A stretch of DNA of 64,000 nt from Actinomycetota bacterium (GTDB lineage Bacteria; Actinomycetota; Thermoleophilia; UBA2241), in contig PKYG01000116.1 in NCBI GenBank assembly GCA_003132585.1, forward strand, positions 492 to 64,491, read 5' to 3'. The notes beneath the pieces were generated by a model that saw nothing but the letters and a program-made list of their open reading frames with translations, made no database searches and was not told the DNA's origin. The translations under genes were made by a program, and so were the position numbers. This document shows, in pieces, positions 19,649 through 27,369 of the stretch (the first letter of the stretch is position 1; the number at the start of each line of letters is the position of its first letter).

Positions 19649-20311
19649 TTAGCCTCTGCGCTCAGTGCTTCCGCCGGGCCCCGTGGTGCGCGGACTCGGG
19701 CCGCCTCGCGTCTCAGCCCCGCCCGCAACCCGGGTGGTTCGTGTAGGCGCGACTCTGGTCTCAGTTCGTGGAGGCGCGACCATTGGGCGCGGTTGGCGAC
19801 TGGGCGTCGGTGCTGGTGACTCAGCGAAGTCCATCCCACGACACTCTACTGTGTGGCTGTAGAGAGGTCTCGAACCGGAACTCTCAACTTGCCGAAGCGC
19901 CTCGCGAATAGCGCCTCTATCGCCTCGCGGGAGGGAGGACGTATCGATTGCGGGTCTCACGACGTGAAGTGCGATGCCTTCATCTTGGGCCGTGGCCACA
20001 GCACCGGACGTGAACCCTACGCTCGAAATCATGAACGCTTTGTGGGCAGCTACCTTTTCGCGGACCTTCGCAAGGAGCATGACGTCGGGCTGATCCACTT
20101 TATCTGAAGCCCTCCACTTGGCGTTCGCGATGTTCAAGTACTGGGCGATCTCGTCGCCCGTCTCCCAGTAGAGGTCGATCTGATGCGCGTACGTCGGAAG
20201 ATTCGATCTCTGGGCGTTTGGAATCGTCACCGATTTCACATCGTCAACACTGAGCCCGACCTTCTCGGCGATGAAGAGGCGGCACAGTTCCTCGTACTGG
20301 TCACTATCCAT
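19649..20311 (-). CDS. Mrr-cat (PD-(D/E)xK) restriction endonuclease-like protein with Arg/Pro/Thr-rich tail
   Basis: HQIDLYWE...NIANAKWRA...KAFMISSVGFTSGAVATAQDEGIALHVV matches the Mrr_cat pattern (D...(Q/E)xK followed by a GFT.GA segment). ATG 20311 is preceded by GGAGGGA with a 6-nt spacer. Confidence 0.8.
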   Translation of the reverse strand: MDSDQYEELCRLFIAEKVGLSVDDVKSVTIPNAQRSNLPTYAHQIDLYWETGDEIAQYLNIANAKWRASDKVDQPDVMLLAKVREKVAAHKAFMISSVGFTSGAVATAQDEGIALHVVRPAIDTSSLPRGDRGAIREALRQVESSGSRPLYSHTVECRGMDFAESPAPTPSRQPRPMVAPPRTETRVAPTRTTRVAGGAETRGGPSPRTTGPGGSTERRG

Positions 20312-20421
20312 CAGCGTCCCTCCGTCCCAGCCTGTACGCATAACGCGATGCGCATGAGCAGTTGGCTCGCTGCGCTCTCACCGACATCATAGCTTCGCGG
20401 CCAATCTGCCCGATGCGCTTG

Positions 20422-20934
20422 TTAGGCCGCCCCTCCCAATTCGAGGATGCGCTTGCGGACTGCTTGAGCCAACTCGCCAAGACCATAGGCACCCCTCAAC
20501 TGGTTCTCGTAGACATACCGTGCCTGCTCGAAGACGAGGTCCATCTCACGGAGCACATCGTGGATCGCGAATGAGACCTTTGGAACCTGCGCCTTCATAG
20601 CTTGCGCGAGCGGATTGGCCGCAATCAGCCTCTCGAACGTCTGGGCGATCTCAGCCTGGCTATCCGGCGACAGGTCGGCGAAGAGAATGCGAAGACTGTG
20701 GGTTCGCAGACAATCTCCTCGTTCAAGGACCGCGAGACACTTCATGTACAGCTCGACGGCAAGGGCGTCACACACGACGCCCGGCCACAGGTAAGGGGTC
20801 GTGACGTAGCGCTGCGGCCCAGAGAGGACGCGATTGTTTGCCTGGTGCAGAAGAGCGGCGGATTCGTCGAAACCGGTGGCAGCAGCGAAGACAGACTTCG
20901 CGTCAGGCGTTTCCCTCGCAAGTCCCTGTCCCAT
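20422..20934 (-). CDS. Hypothetical all-helical protein, weakly HEPN-like
   Basis: 170-aa ORF with AAGGCGGA upstream. The segment AVELYMKCLAVLERGDCLRTHSLRILFADLSPDSQ resembles the helix-H-x-L-x-x-LF pattern of some HEPN families. The function call is weak. Confidence 0.6.
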   Translation of the reverse strand: MGQGLARETPDAKSVFAAATGFDESAALLHQANNRVLSGPQRYVTTPYLWPGVVCDALAVELYMKCLAVLERGDCLRTHSLRILFADLSPDSQAEIAQTFERLIAANPLAQAMKAQVPKVSFAIHDVLREMDLVFEQARYVYENQLRGAYGLGELAQAVRKRILELGGAA

Positions 20935-20969
20935 CGTCCGCCTTGGCGATTCGTGGTTGGCCTAGTCAC

Positions 20970-22387
20970 TATGAGATGGCCGGTCCGATCCGCGTATAGC
21001 GTGGATCATCCGCGGGAATCGGCCCGCGGTGCCGACACACGGAAAGGACCGGCCATGTACGAGTTTACGCACATCGGACTGGACGTGCACAAGGACACGA
21101 TCGCCGTGGCCGTGCTGCGATCGGGCACGACGACATGCGACGAACGCGTGATCCCCAACACCCCCGAGGCGGTGCGCAAGCTGCTTTCCGGCCACCCCGA
21201 TCCGTCGCTGCTCAGGACCTGCTACGAAGCCGGGCCGACCGGCTATGACACCCAGCGGCTGATCGCCTCGCTGGGGATCGCCTGTGACGTGATCGCGCCC
21301 TCGCTGATCCCCAGGCGCGCCGGCGTGCGCGTCAAGACCGACCGCTCCGACGCGCGCAACCTGGCACATCTTCACCGAGCGGGCGAGCTGACCTGCGTTC
21401 GCGTCCCGACGCCGGCCGAGGAAGCGGTGCGCGACCTCGTCCGCACGCGCGAGGAGCTGAAATCGGACCGCCGGATCGCCCGGCAGAGGATCCGCAGCTT
21501 CCTCTTGCGCTACGGCCGCCGCTACCCGGCACCCGGCGCCAGATGGAGCTGGAGGTTCGAGGTGTGGATGCGCGCCCTGCGCTTCGACGAACCGGCGTCG
21601 CAGGCGGCCTTCGAGCACCTGCTCGGCGCCTACTTCGTGCGCGACTCGCAGCTTTGCGCCGTCGACAGGCAGATCGCCGAGCTCGCCACACTCGACCCGC
21701 TCGCGGGTGGCGTGGCGCGCCTGCGCGCCTTTCGCGGGATCGACACGCTCACGGCGGTGACGCTGCTCACCGAGACGGGCGACTTCCGCCGCTTTGGCTC
21801 GGCGGGCTTCTACATGGCGTTCACCGGGCTCACACCGTCCGAGCACTCGAGCGGAGCGACGATCCGGCACGGTTCGATCACCAAGACCGGCAACCGGCAT
21901 GTGCGCCGGGTCTTGGTCGAGGCCGCCTGGGCCTACCGCTACGCGCCGGCGGTGCGTGGCGCCCACGCCAAGCGCCTCGAGGGCCAGCCGCCCGAGGTGG
22001 CGGCGTACTCCTGGGCGGCGCAGTGTCGTCTGCATGCCACCTACCGCAAGCTCGCCGCCAGGAAGGGCCCCAACAAGGCGGTCGTCGCCGTAGCGCGGGA
22101 GCTTGCCGGCTTCGTCTGGGGTGCGATGACTCAAGACATCGGGGCGTAGAGACACGCCATGCAGGCGGGCGGGCGCCACACACCGGAGAGATCCTCGTCG
22201 ACGTTATGCGACGTTAGAGCAAGCGCGCACCTAGTGGGAGGCAGGCTCCGGTCCGATCGAGATGTGCGGTTTTGAAATCCGCGGATATCAGCATGGTCGA
22301 GCGCCGATCCCATGTGCCCGCCCGCTTGCACCGACCTGTCCTGCGCGACCGCCCTAAAGGACGCGGGGGTTGACCGGCCATCTCATA
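20970..22387 (+). mobile_element. IS110-family insertion sequence (IS1111-like subgroup), apparently intact
   Basis: Perfect 16-bp inverted repeats: TATGAGATGGCCGGTC at 20970-20985 and its reverse complement at 22372-22387. They bracket a DEDD-type transposase gene. The 5' non-coding end is short (85 bp) and the 3' end is long (about 238 bp). Confidence 0.85.
21055..22149 (+). CDS. IS110-family (DEDD) transposase/recombinase
   Basis: MYEFTHIGLDVHKDTIAVAV...CYEAGPTGY...RVKTDRSDARNLA...GIDTLTAVTLLTETGDFRRF...GSITKTGNRHVRRVLVEAAW are canonical IS110 N- and C-terminal domain motifs. The 20602 start in the ORF track is a spurious extension. Confidence 0.95.
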   Translation: MYEFTHIGLDVHKDTIAVAVLRSGTTTCDERVIPNTPEAVRKLLSGHPDPSLLRTCYEAGPTGYDTQRLIASLGIACDVIAPSLIPRRAGVRVKTDRSDARNLAHLHRAGELTCVRVPTPAEEAVRDLVRTREELKSDRRIARQRIRSFLLRYGRRYPAPGARWSWRFEVWMRALRFDEPASQAAFEHLLGAYFVRDSQLCAVDRQIAELATLDPLAGGVARLRAFRGIDTLTAVTLLTETGDFRRFGSAGFYMAFTGLTPSEHSSGATIRHGSITKTGNRHVRRVLVEAAWAYRYAPAVRGAHAKRLEGQPPEVAAYSWAAQCRLHATYRKLAARKGPNKAVVAVARELAGFVWGAMTQDIGA

Positions 22388-22479
22388 TCAACGTGAGGCG
22401 TTTGAGCAGCGCCGGCTGGCTATGAAGGAAATCGCAGCGCTGCTGGGCGTCTGCTCGAAACGCTTGTTAGGCACGCCGC

Positions 22480-22659
22480 CTACTCTTCGGGGAGCTCGCG
22501 AATCGCTCTGCGGACATTCGCTTCGGCATCGTCGAGCTCCCGGACTGCGTCCCTGATCTCCCTCACGGCGTCCCCGCCCTTGCGCTCAGCTCGCTTGAGA
22601 GTATCTCGAGCGTCTTCGATGGATCTCAAAGCCCTCTTCAGCTTCGCCTTCACCTCCAT
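22480..22659 (-). CDS. Small charged coiled-coil protein (59 aa), unknown function
   Basis: ATG 22659 is preceded by AGGGGGGG. MEVKAKLKRALRSIEDARDTLKRAERKGGDAVREIRDAVRELDDAEANVRRAIRELPEE looks like a helical hairpin. The longer ORF start at 22743 lacks an RBS. Confidence 0.55.
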   Translation of the reverse strand: MEVKAKLKRALRSIEDARDTLKRAERKGGDAVREIRDAVRELDDAEANVRRAIRELPEE

Positions 22660-23098
22660 GACCCCCCCTGGTCGACTTCTGCTGTGCCTAACAATGAGTA
22701 TGCAAACTGTGTAAGACGTCGAGCACACCCTACGCTTCTCCACGTAAGAGGTCTCCGGTCCTCGTGGACGCGTGGGATATGCAGTCTGTGTACGCCAGGT
22801 CAGAGCCCGTCCGTCGGGCTTCCTACGCCGTGGCGCCCCCTGTTGAGCACGCGCGTGATGAGGTCAAGAGCCCGCCCAGCCACCCCCTGCGGCCGAAGTG
22901 CTGGAGGTCACCCGATCCACTGAGGCCCACGATCGTGCTGCTCAGCGCGGTGCCGCCGACGCGAAGCCGACCAGCCGCGCACCACAAAGGTGGCTCGCCG
23001 CCCTCTCCCCCGTGCTTTCGGTGCGCCTGGTCTCGTTGCTGGAGGTCTTCACCAGAGCGATGGTGTTCCCACAGTCACACGCACGAAGGGAGCGCCCC

Positions 23099-24346
23099 AT
23101 GCAGGGTCACATCCGCAAGCGCAGCAAGGGCTCGTGGGAGTACATCATCGACATCGGCCCCCACCCCGCCCAGCGCTGCTCGGCCTGTCATCGCCGCTTC
23201 TGGGTCGAGCGCCGCCCCAAGGGTGAGTGTCCGAAGTGTGGCGGCAGATTGACTGAGACCGAGGAGCGCCGCCGCCAGACCAAGGCCGGCTTTGCCACGC
23301 GCAAGGAAGCGCAGGTGGCGATGAACAAGACGCTGGTCGCCGTCGAGGAGCACACTTACGTCGCCCCCACCCACCTGAGCCTGCGCAACTACCTGACCAA
23401 CGAGTGGCTGCCGGCGATCGAGTCGACGATCCGCGCCTCGACCTTTCGCAGCTACAAACAGCACGTCGAGTGCCACATCTGCCCGCACATCGGCTCGGTG
23501 CAGATGCAGAAGCTCTCCGGGTCGGCGATCAACGCCCTCTACGCCAAGCTGGCTGTCTCCGGCAAGCGTGACGCTAAGACTGGCCTCTCGGCACTCTCCA
23601 TCCGCCACACGCACGCCACCCTGCACCGCGCCCTCAAGGATGCGGTGCGCTGGGAGCGGACCACCCGCAACCCCGCCGACGCCGCCGACCCGCCGCGGGT
23701 CGCTGGCGGTGGCCATGAGATGAAGACCTGGGATGCCAGGCAGCTGGCTGCCTTTCTGACCGCGACGCGCTCGGACCGTCTTGGCGGTCTCTGGCATCTG
23801 CTGGCGATGACCGGCATGCGCAGGGGCGAGGCGCTGGGGCTGCCCTGGGAGGACGTCGATCTGGAGGCAGGCAGGATCTCGGTGCGTCGCGCGCTGATCC
23901 CCAACGGCAAGGTCGTGGTCGTCTCCGAACCGAAGACGGCGCGCGGACGGCGCTCGATCGCGCTCGACCCCGAGACGATACTTGTGCTGCGCGAGCAGGC
24001 GGCGCGACAGCTTTCAGACCAGCAGCGCAAGGGCAACGAGTGGCGCGACACGGGGCTGGTGTTCACCAAGGAGGACGGCGAGGCCTGGCACCCGGAGGTC
24101 GCCAGTCGCTTCTTCCGCCAGGCGGTGAGACGCGTGGCGCTACCGACCATCCGGTTGCACGACCTGCGCCACACCCACGCGACGTTGGCGCTGCGTGCCG
24201 GCATTCACCCGAAGGTGGTCTCCGAGCGCCTCGGACACGCGACGATCTCGATCACGCTCGACACCTACTCGCATGCGATCCCGGCGATGCAGGAGGAAGC
24301 GGCGGCGCGGATCGCGGAACTGGTCTTCTCGTGCGACACCGCGTGA
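23099..24346 (+). CDS. Tyrosine recombinase / phage-type integrase
   Basis: The internal ATG at 23099 gives MQGHIRKRSKGSWEYIIDIG, an arm-binding-domain start typical of actinobacterial integrases. A Zn-ribbon insert CSACHRRF...CPKCGG is present. Catalytic residues appear in AMTGMRRGEALGL, HDLRHTHATLAL and LGHATISITLDTYSH. Confidence 0.95.
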   Translation: MQGHIRKRSKGSWEYIIDIGPHPAQRCSACHRRFWVERRPKGECPKCGGRLTETEERRRQTKAGFATRKEAQVAMNKTLVAVEEHTYVAPTHLSLRNYLTNEWLPAIESTIRASTFRSYKQHVECHICPHIGSVQMQKLSGSAINALYAKLAVSGKRDAKTGLSALSIRHTHATLHRALKDAVRWERTTRNPADAADPPRVAGGGHEMKTWDARQLAAFLTATRSDRLGGLWHLLAMTGMRRGEALGLPWEDVDLEAGRISVRRALIPNGKVVVVSEPKTARGRRSIALDPETILVLREQAARQLSDQQRKGNEWRDTGLVFTKEDGEAWHPEVASRFFRQAVRRVALPTIRLHDLRHTHATLALRAGIHPKVVSERLGHATISITLDTYSHAIPAMQEEAAARIAELVFSCDTA

Positions 24347-24451
24347 AGACCCGACGCTCTCTCGCTCATAGCCGATTCCCTGCAGCGGCCACGATGTTTC
24401 GTGTGGACTCGAATGGTAATCTTCTGCTGTCTATTCTGAGGGGGACAACAG

Positions 24452-26638
24452 TTGGAAGACCGGCGGCCGCTGGACAATCGCTACTCTGGGCCCCTTGAGT
24501 CAGTGGACGGCATCCTGCGCGAGTTTCGGCTCAGGTTGCAAAACACCTTCGCGGATAGCCTCGTGTATCTCGGCACCACCACGCCTCAAGACGAGTTCTC
24601 TCGGGGTGAAGCTGCAGACATCGACGTGATGCTGGTGTTCGAGGCGCTGTCAGATGCTCATCTGCACTACGTCGAGCGGATGATTCAAGGCCTTATGCAG
24701 AAATACCGAGTCTCCCTCGACACCCGCCTATATGAAGTCGCCCAGTTGGACGGTGCCGATTCCGGGAGAGGAATACCCCTGGTGAACCGGTTTCTTCTGC
24801 ATCGATTCCTCCGCGACCTCTATGGAAGGAACCCCTTCGCTGAGGCGAAGTTCGATGGCCAGCAACTGGCAGAGGCATGCAAGGCAAGAATCACCTCGCA
24901 GCAGGAGCGCATAGTCGAGGCCTTGTCGCTTGTCTCATGGGATGCAGCACAGATCCGCCAAGTGTGCCAAGCCGTGTTCGACGCAGTCCGAGCCTTCTTA
25001 ATCCTAGAGAATGAACCGCGGGTCGGGAAGCTCGACGCTGCCCAGTACTTTCAACAGGCCTACCCAGGATACGAAGAGCTTCTTCCCATCTACCGCTGCT
25101 ATCAGCGGCCGGAAGACGTGGCATCCTGGGCGGACCTACTCCTCGACGCGTACGCCCTGGTCAGGCATCTGAAGCTCAGGTCTTCCCGGCCGACTCGCAC
25201 CGATGCAGTCCTCTTGGTCAATACGCCATCGTCGTTGATGCCGCACCCAAGAGACGATTACCTGGAGCGAGACCCTAACATGCCGCTTGGCCTCGTCTGC
25301 ATCGCGTCGTACTGCAACGAAGAGAGTCATTCAGTGTCTATTCTCGACGCCTACGCAGAGAACCTTGGGGCCCTTTCCACAGTAGACAGAATCTTCCAGG
25401 ACCCGACGAGAGTGTCAAGAATCATCGGCTTCAACTGCTCGTCCCCGAACGTCCACATCGTGCACAGAATCGCTCACTATCTGAAGCGAGTGGACCCACA
25501 CTTGGTTGTGGTCTGCGGCGGTCCTCATGCGACTTTGGCTCCGGAACACACGCTTGCCCAAGGCGATGTCGAGTATGCCGTGGTGGGTGAGGGGGAGCAG
25601 ACCTTCTTGGAGCTCGTGGAGCGCATTTTCAGCAACCAGGACATCAAAGGCCTTTCGGGTGTTGCCTCGATGAGAAATGGGAGACTGATCTGCGGCCCAA
25701 CTCGTCAAAGGCTGAGCTTGGACCACATCCCTCTCCCCGATTTCCGTCTTCTCCCACTGGAAGGGCGCTACTTCAGAAAGCGGAGAAGAATCTACCTGCA
25801 TGCCACAAGAGGCTGCGACCGCAACTGTATCTTCTGCTCGGTGCCAAAGTGCTGGGAGGGCGGTGTGCGTGCAATTCCCATGGATTTGTTCGTCAAGCAG
25901 ATACAGCTGTGCCAGCAACACTACGCGGCTGACGAGTTCCAGATCGTGGATGACAACTTCTCGCACCAGAAAGGGACCATCATTCGCAGCTTCCTGTCGG
26001 CGCTGGACTCCGCGAATGCCTCTCTTCGCTGGAAATGCCAAGCGAGAGCTGATCAGCTCGACTCGGAACTCATCAGCTTGATGGCGTTGCATGGGTGCTT
26101 CGAGATCGACCTGGGCATTGAGTCGGGCTCGCAGCGACTGCAGAAGTACATTCGCAAGAACCTGGACTTGACGGCAACGGCTCAGGTTGTCCAGGACATC
26201 TGCGACAACGGGATGCTGTGCAAGGCCTTCTTCATGCTGGGCTTTCCTGAGGAGACCTACGCTGAAATCGCGGAGACGATCAACTACTCCGTGAATCTCA
26301 AGCACGCAGGCCTCAAGGACGTCGCCTTCTTCCCCGTCATGCCGTTCCCGGGGACCGAGATCGCCGAGATCACCAAGAAGACCGTTTTCCAGGGAGCCAT
26401 CGTGGACGAGGCCGACGTTCTCGACCCGTCGTTCGAGGGCCGGCACCTGAGGAAGTACTCGGCGAAGCCTGAGGTCTCATTGAATGAGGACTTCACTCCG
26501 GACGAACTCAGAATGCTCGTTCGCTTTGCCTACCACACGTTCAATGCTGGACAACCCGTGACTAGCCTGAAAGAGAATTTCGAATCGTATGTCGCGGTTG
26601 AGGAGGAGGGGGTCTATGGCAGTTCGGCTGTTTCCTGA
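24452..26638 (+). CDS. Fusion protein: nucleotidyltransferase-like N-terminal region + B12-binding domain + radical SAM core
   Basis: TTG start preceded by GAGGGGGA with a 6-nt spacer. The N-terminal region has GEAADIDVMLVFE, a pol-beta NTase-like DxD context. The B12-binding-type module reads AVLLVNTPSS...PLGLVCIASY...HLVVVCGGPHATLAPEHTL...AVVGEGEQTF. The radical-SAM cluster motif GCDRNCIFC (CX3CX2C) lies at nt 25814-25837. Confidence 0.85.
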   Translation: MEDRRPLDNRYSGPLESVDGILREFRLRLQNTFADSLVYLGTTTPQDEFSRGEAADIDVMLVFEALSDAHLHYVERMIQGLMQKYRVSLDTRLYEVAQLDGADSGRGIPLVNRFLLHRFLRDLYGRNPFAEAKFDGQQLAEACKARITSQQERIVEALSLVSWDAAQIRQVCQAVFDAVRAFLILENEPRVGKLDAAQYFQQAYPGYEELLPIYRCYQRPEDVASWADLLLDAYALVRHLKLRSSRPTRTDAVLLVNTPSSLMPHPRDDYLERDPNMPLGLVCIASYCNEESHSVSILDAYAENLGALSTVDRIFQDPTRVSRIIGFNCSSPNVHIVHRIAHYLKRVDPHLVVVCGGPHATLAPEHTLAQGDVEYAVVGEGEQTFLELVERIFSNQDIKGLSGVASMRNGRLICGPTRQRLSLDHIPLPDFRLLPLEGRYFRKRRRIYLHATRGCDRNCIFCSVPKCWEGGVRAIPMDLFVKQIQLCQQHYAADEFQIVDDNFSHQKGTIIRSFLSALDSANASLRWKCQARADQLDSELISLMALHGCFEIDLGIESGSQRLQKYIRKNLDLTATAQVVQDICDNGMLCKAFFMLGFPEETYAEIAETINYSVNLKHAGLKDVAFFPVMPFPGTEIAEITKKTVFQGAIVDEADVLDPSFEGRHLRKYSAKPEVSLNEDFTPDELRMLVRFAYHTFNAGQPVTSLKENFESYVAVEEEGVYGSSAVS

Positions 26639-27368
26639 ACCCAAGACATGGTGCACCCCCTTTGTCTTGAAGAACCGGTCATACCAGAGATACCTCTACG
26701 TGGATGGGAAATGGCACCTGATCAGACTGGATAGCCGGCGCAGGAGTCCCTCTTTTGACTCGAAGAATCTGGATTGGCACCAACGGATGCCTGACAGGGA
26801 GCACCTGACGAAGTGGCTGCGCCAACAGACAGGCATCAACGAGGACTTCCGAGACTACGTGCGCGAAATGCTCGTTGTTCCGACTTTCTCGATGTGCGCT
26901 GCGGAAGCGCTCACCAAGGTTTTCATGCGACAGATAGTCACAGCCCGTCAGGCGCGACGGATGTTCTCCGATTTCGTGGAAGGGTTCGGCTACAGGAAGG
27001 GAGATGTCGTTGGTTTCCCTCCGCCGGAACGTGTTCAGCGGCTAGGCTCAACTGACTTCCGTGACATCGGCCTCGGCTTCCGCGCCGAGAGGCTAGTAAA
27101 GAGTCTCGGCCGCCTTAAGGGCTTCCAAGTCTCCAACCTGACTGATTTGCTTGAAGCCGATGTGCCAGGAATAGGCCCGTGGAGTAGGGCGATCTTGGCC
27201 GTCGAGTCCGCTCGCGACTACTCACACTACCCCTTCGAAGACAAGAGCGGCACGGCCATCAGGTCACTCACCGGCGCAAATGTTGCAGCTGTTGCGCATG
27301 ATGACCTTCAGCTGGCTGCCGACGTGTATGTCTACGGAGCCTCATACGTAGAGTCAAGACGGAATTAG
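26616..27368 (+). CDS. HhH-GPD superfamily DNA glycosylase-like protein (AlkA-like)
   Basis: ATG 26616 lies 9 nt after AGGAGG and overlaps the upstream gene by 23 nt. The HhH hairpin is LLEADVPGIGPWSRAILAV (compare AlkA FPGIGRWTANYFAL). It is followed by HYPFEDKSG, where AlkA has the catalytic Asp in LPDDYL. Confidence 0.7.
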   Translation: MAVRLFPEPKTWCTPFVLKNRSYQRYLYVDGKWHLIRLDSRRRSPSFDSKNLDWHQRMPDREHLTKWLRQQTGINEDFRDYVREMLVVPTFSMCAAEALTKVFMRQIVTARQARRMFSDFVEGFGYRKGDVVGFPPPERVQRLGSTDFRDIGLGFRAERLVKSLGRLKGFQVSNLTDLLEADVPGIGPWSRAILAVESARDYSHYPFEDKSGTAIRSLTGANVAAVAHDDLQLAADVYVYGASYVESRRN

Positions 27369-27369
27369 C

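Noticed and set aside
20602-21054. 5' extension of the transposase ORF (515-aa version)
   Set aside because: The extension runs antisense through the HEPN-like gene and across the IS boundary. The conserved IS110 N-terminus MYEFTHIGLDVHK starts at 21055.
20962-22179. 405-aa minus-strand ORF covering the IS110 element
   Set aside because: It is exactly antisense to the well-supported IS110 transposase gene. The translation is Arg/Gly/Ala-rich without motifs.
22374-22520. Plus-strand frame ..YQREAFEQRRLAMKEIAALLGVCSKRLLG.. resembling a sigma-70 region 4 / HTH fragment just outside the right IS end
   Set aside because: The only ATG gives about 44 codons, and the frame overlaps the 3' end of the minus-strand small gene in antisense. 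No upstream continuation exists on the other side of the IS. It is too short to distinguish from chance.
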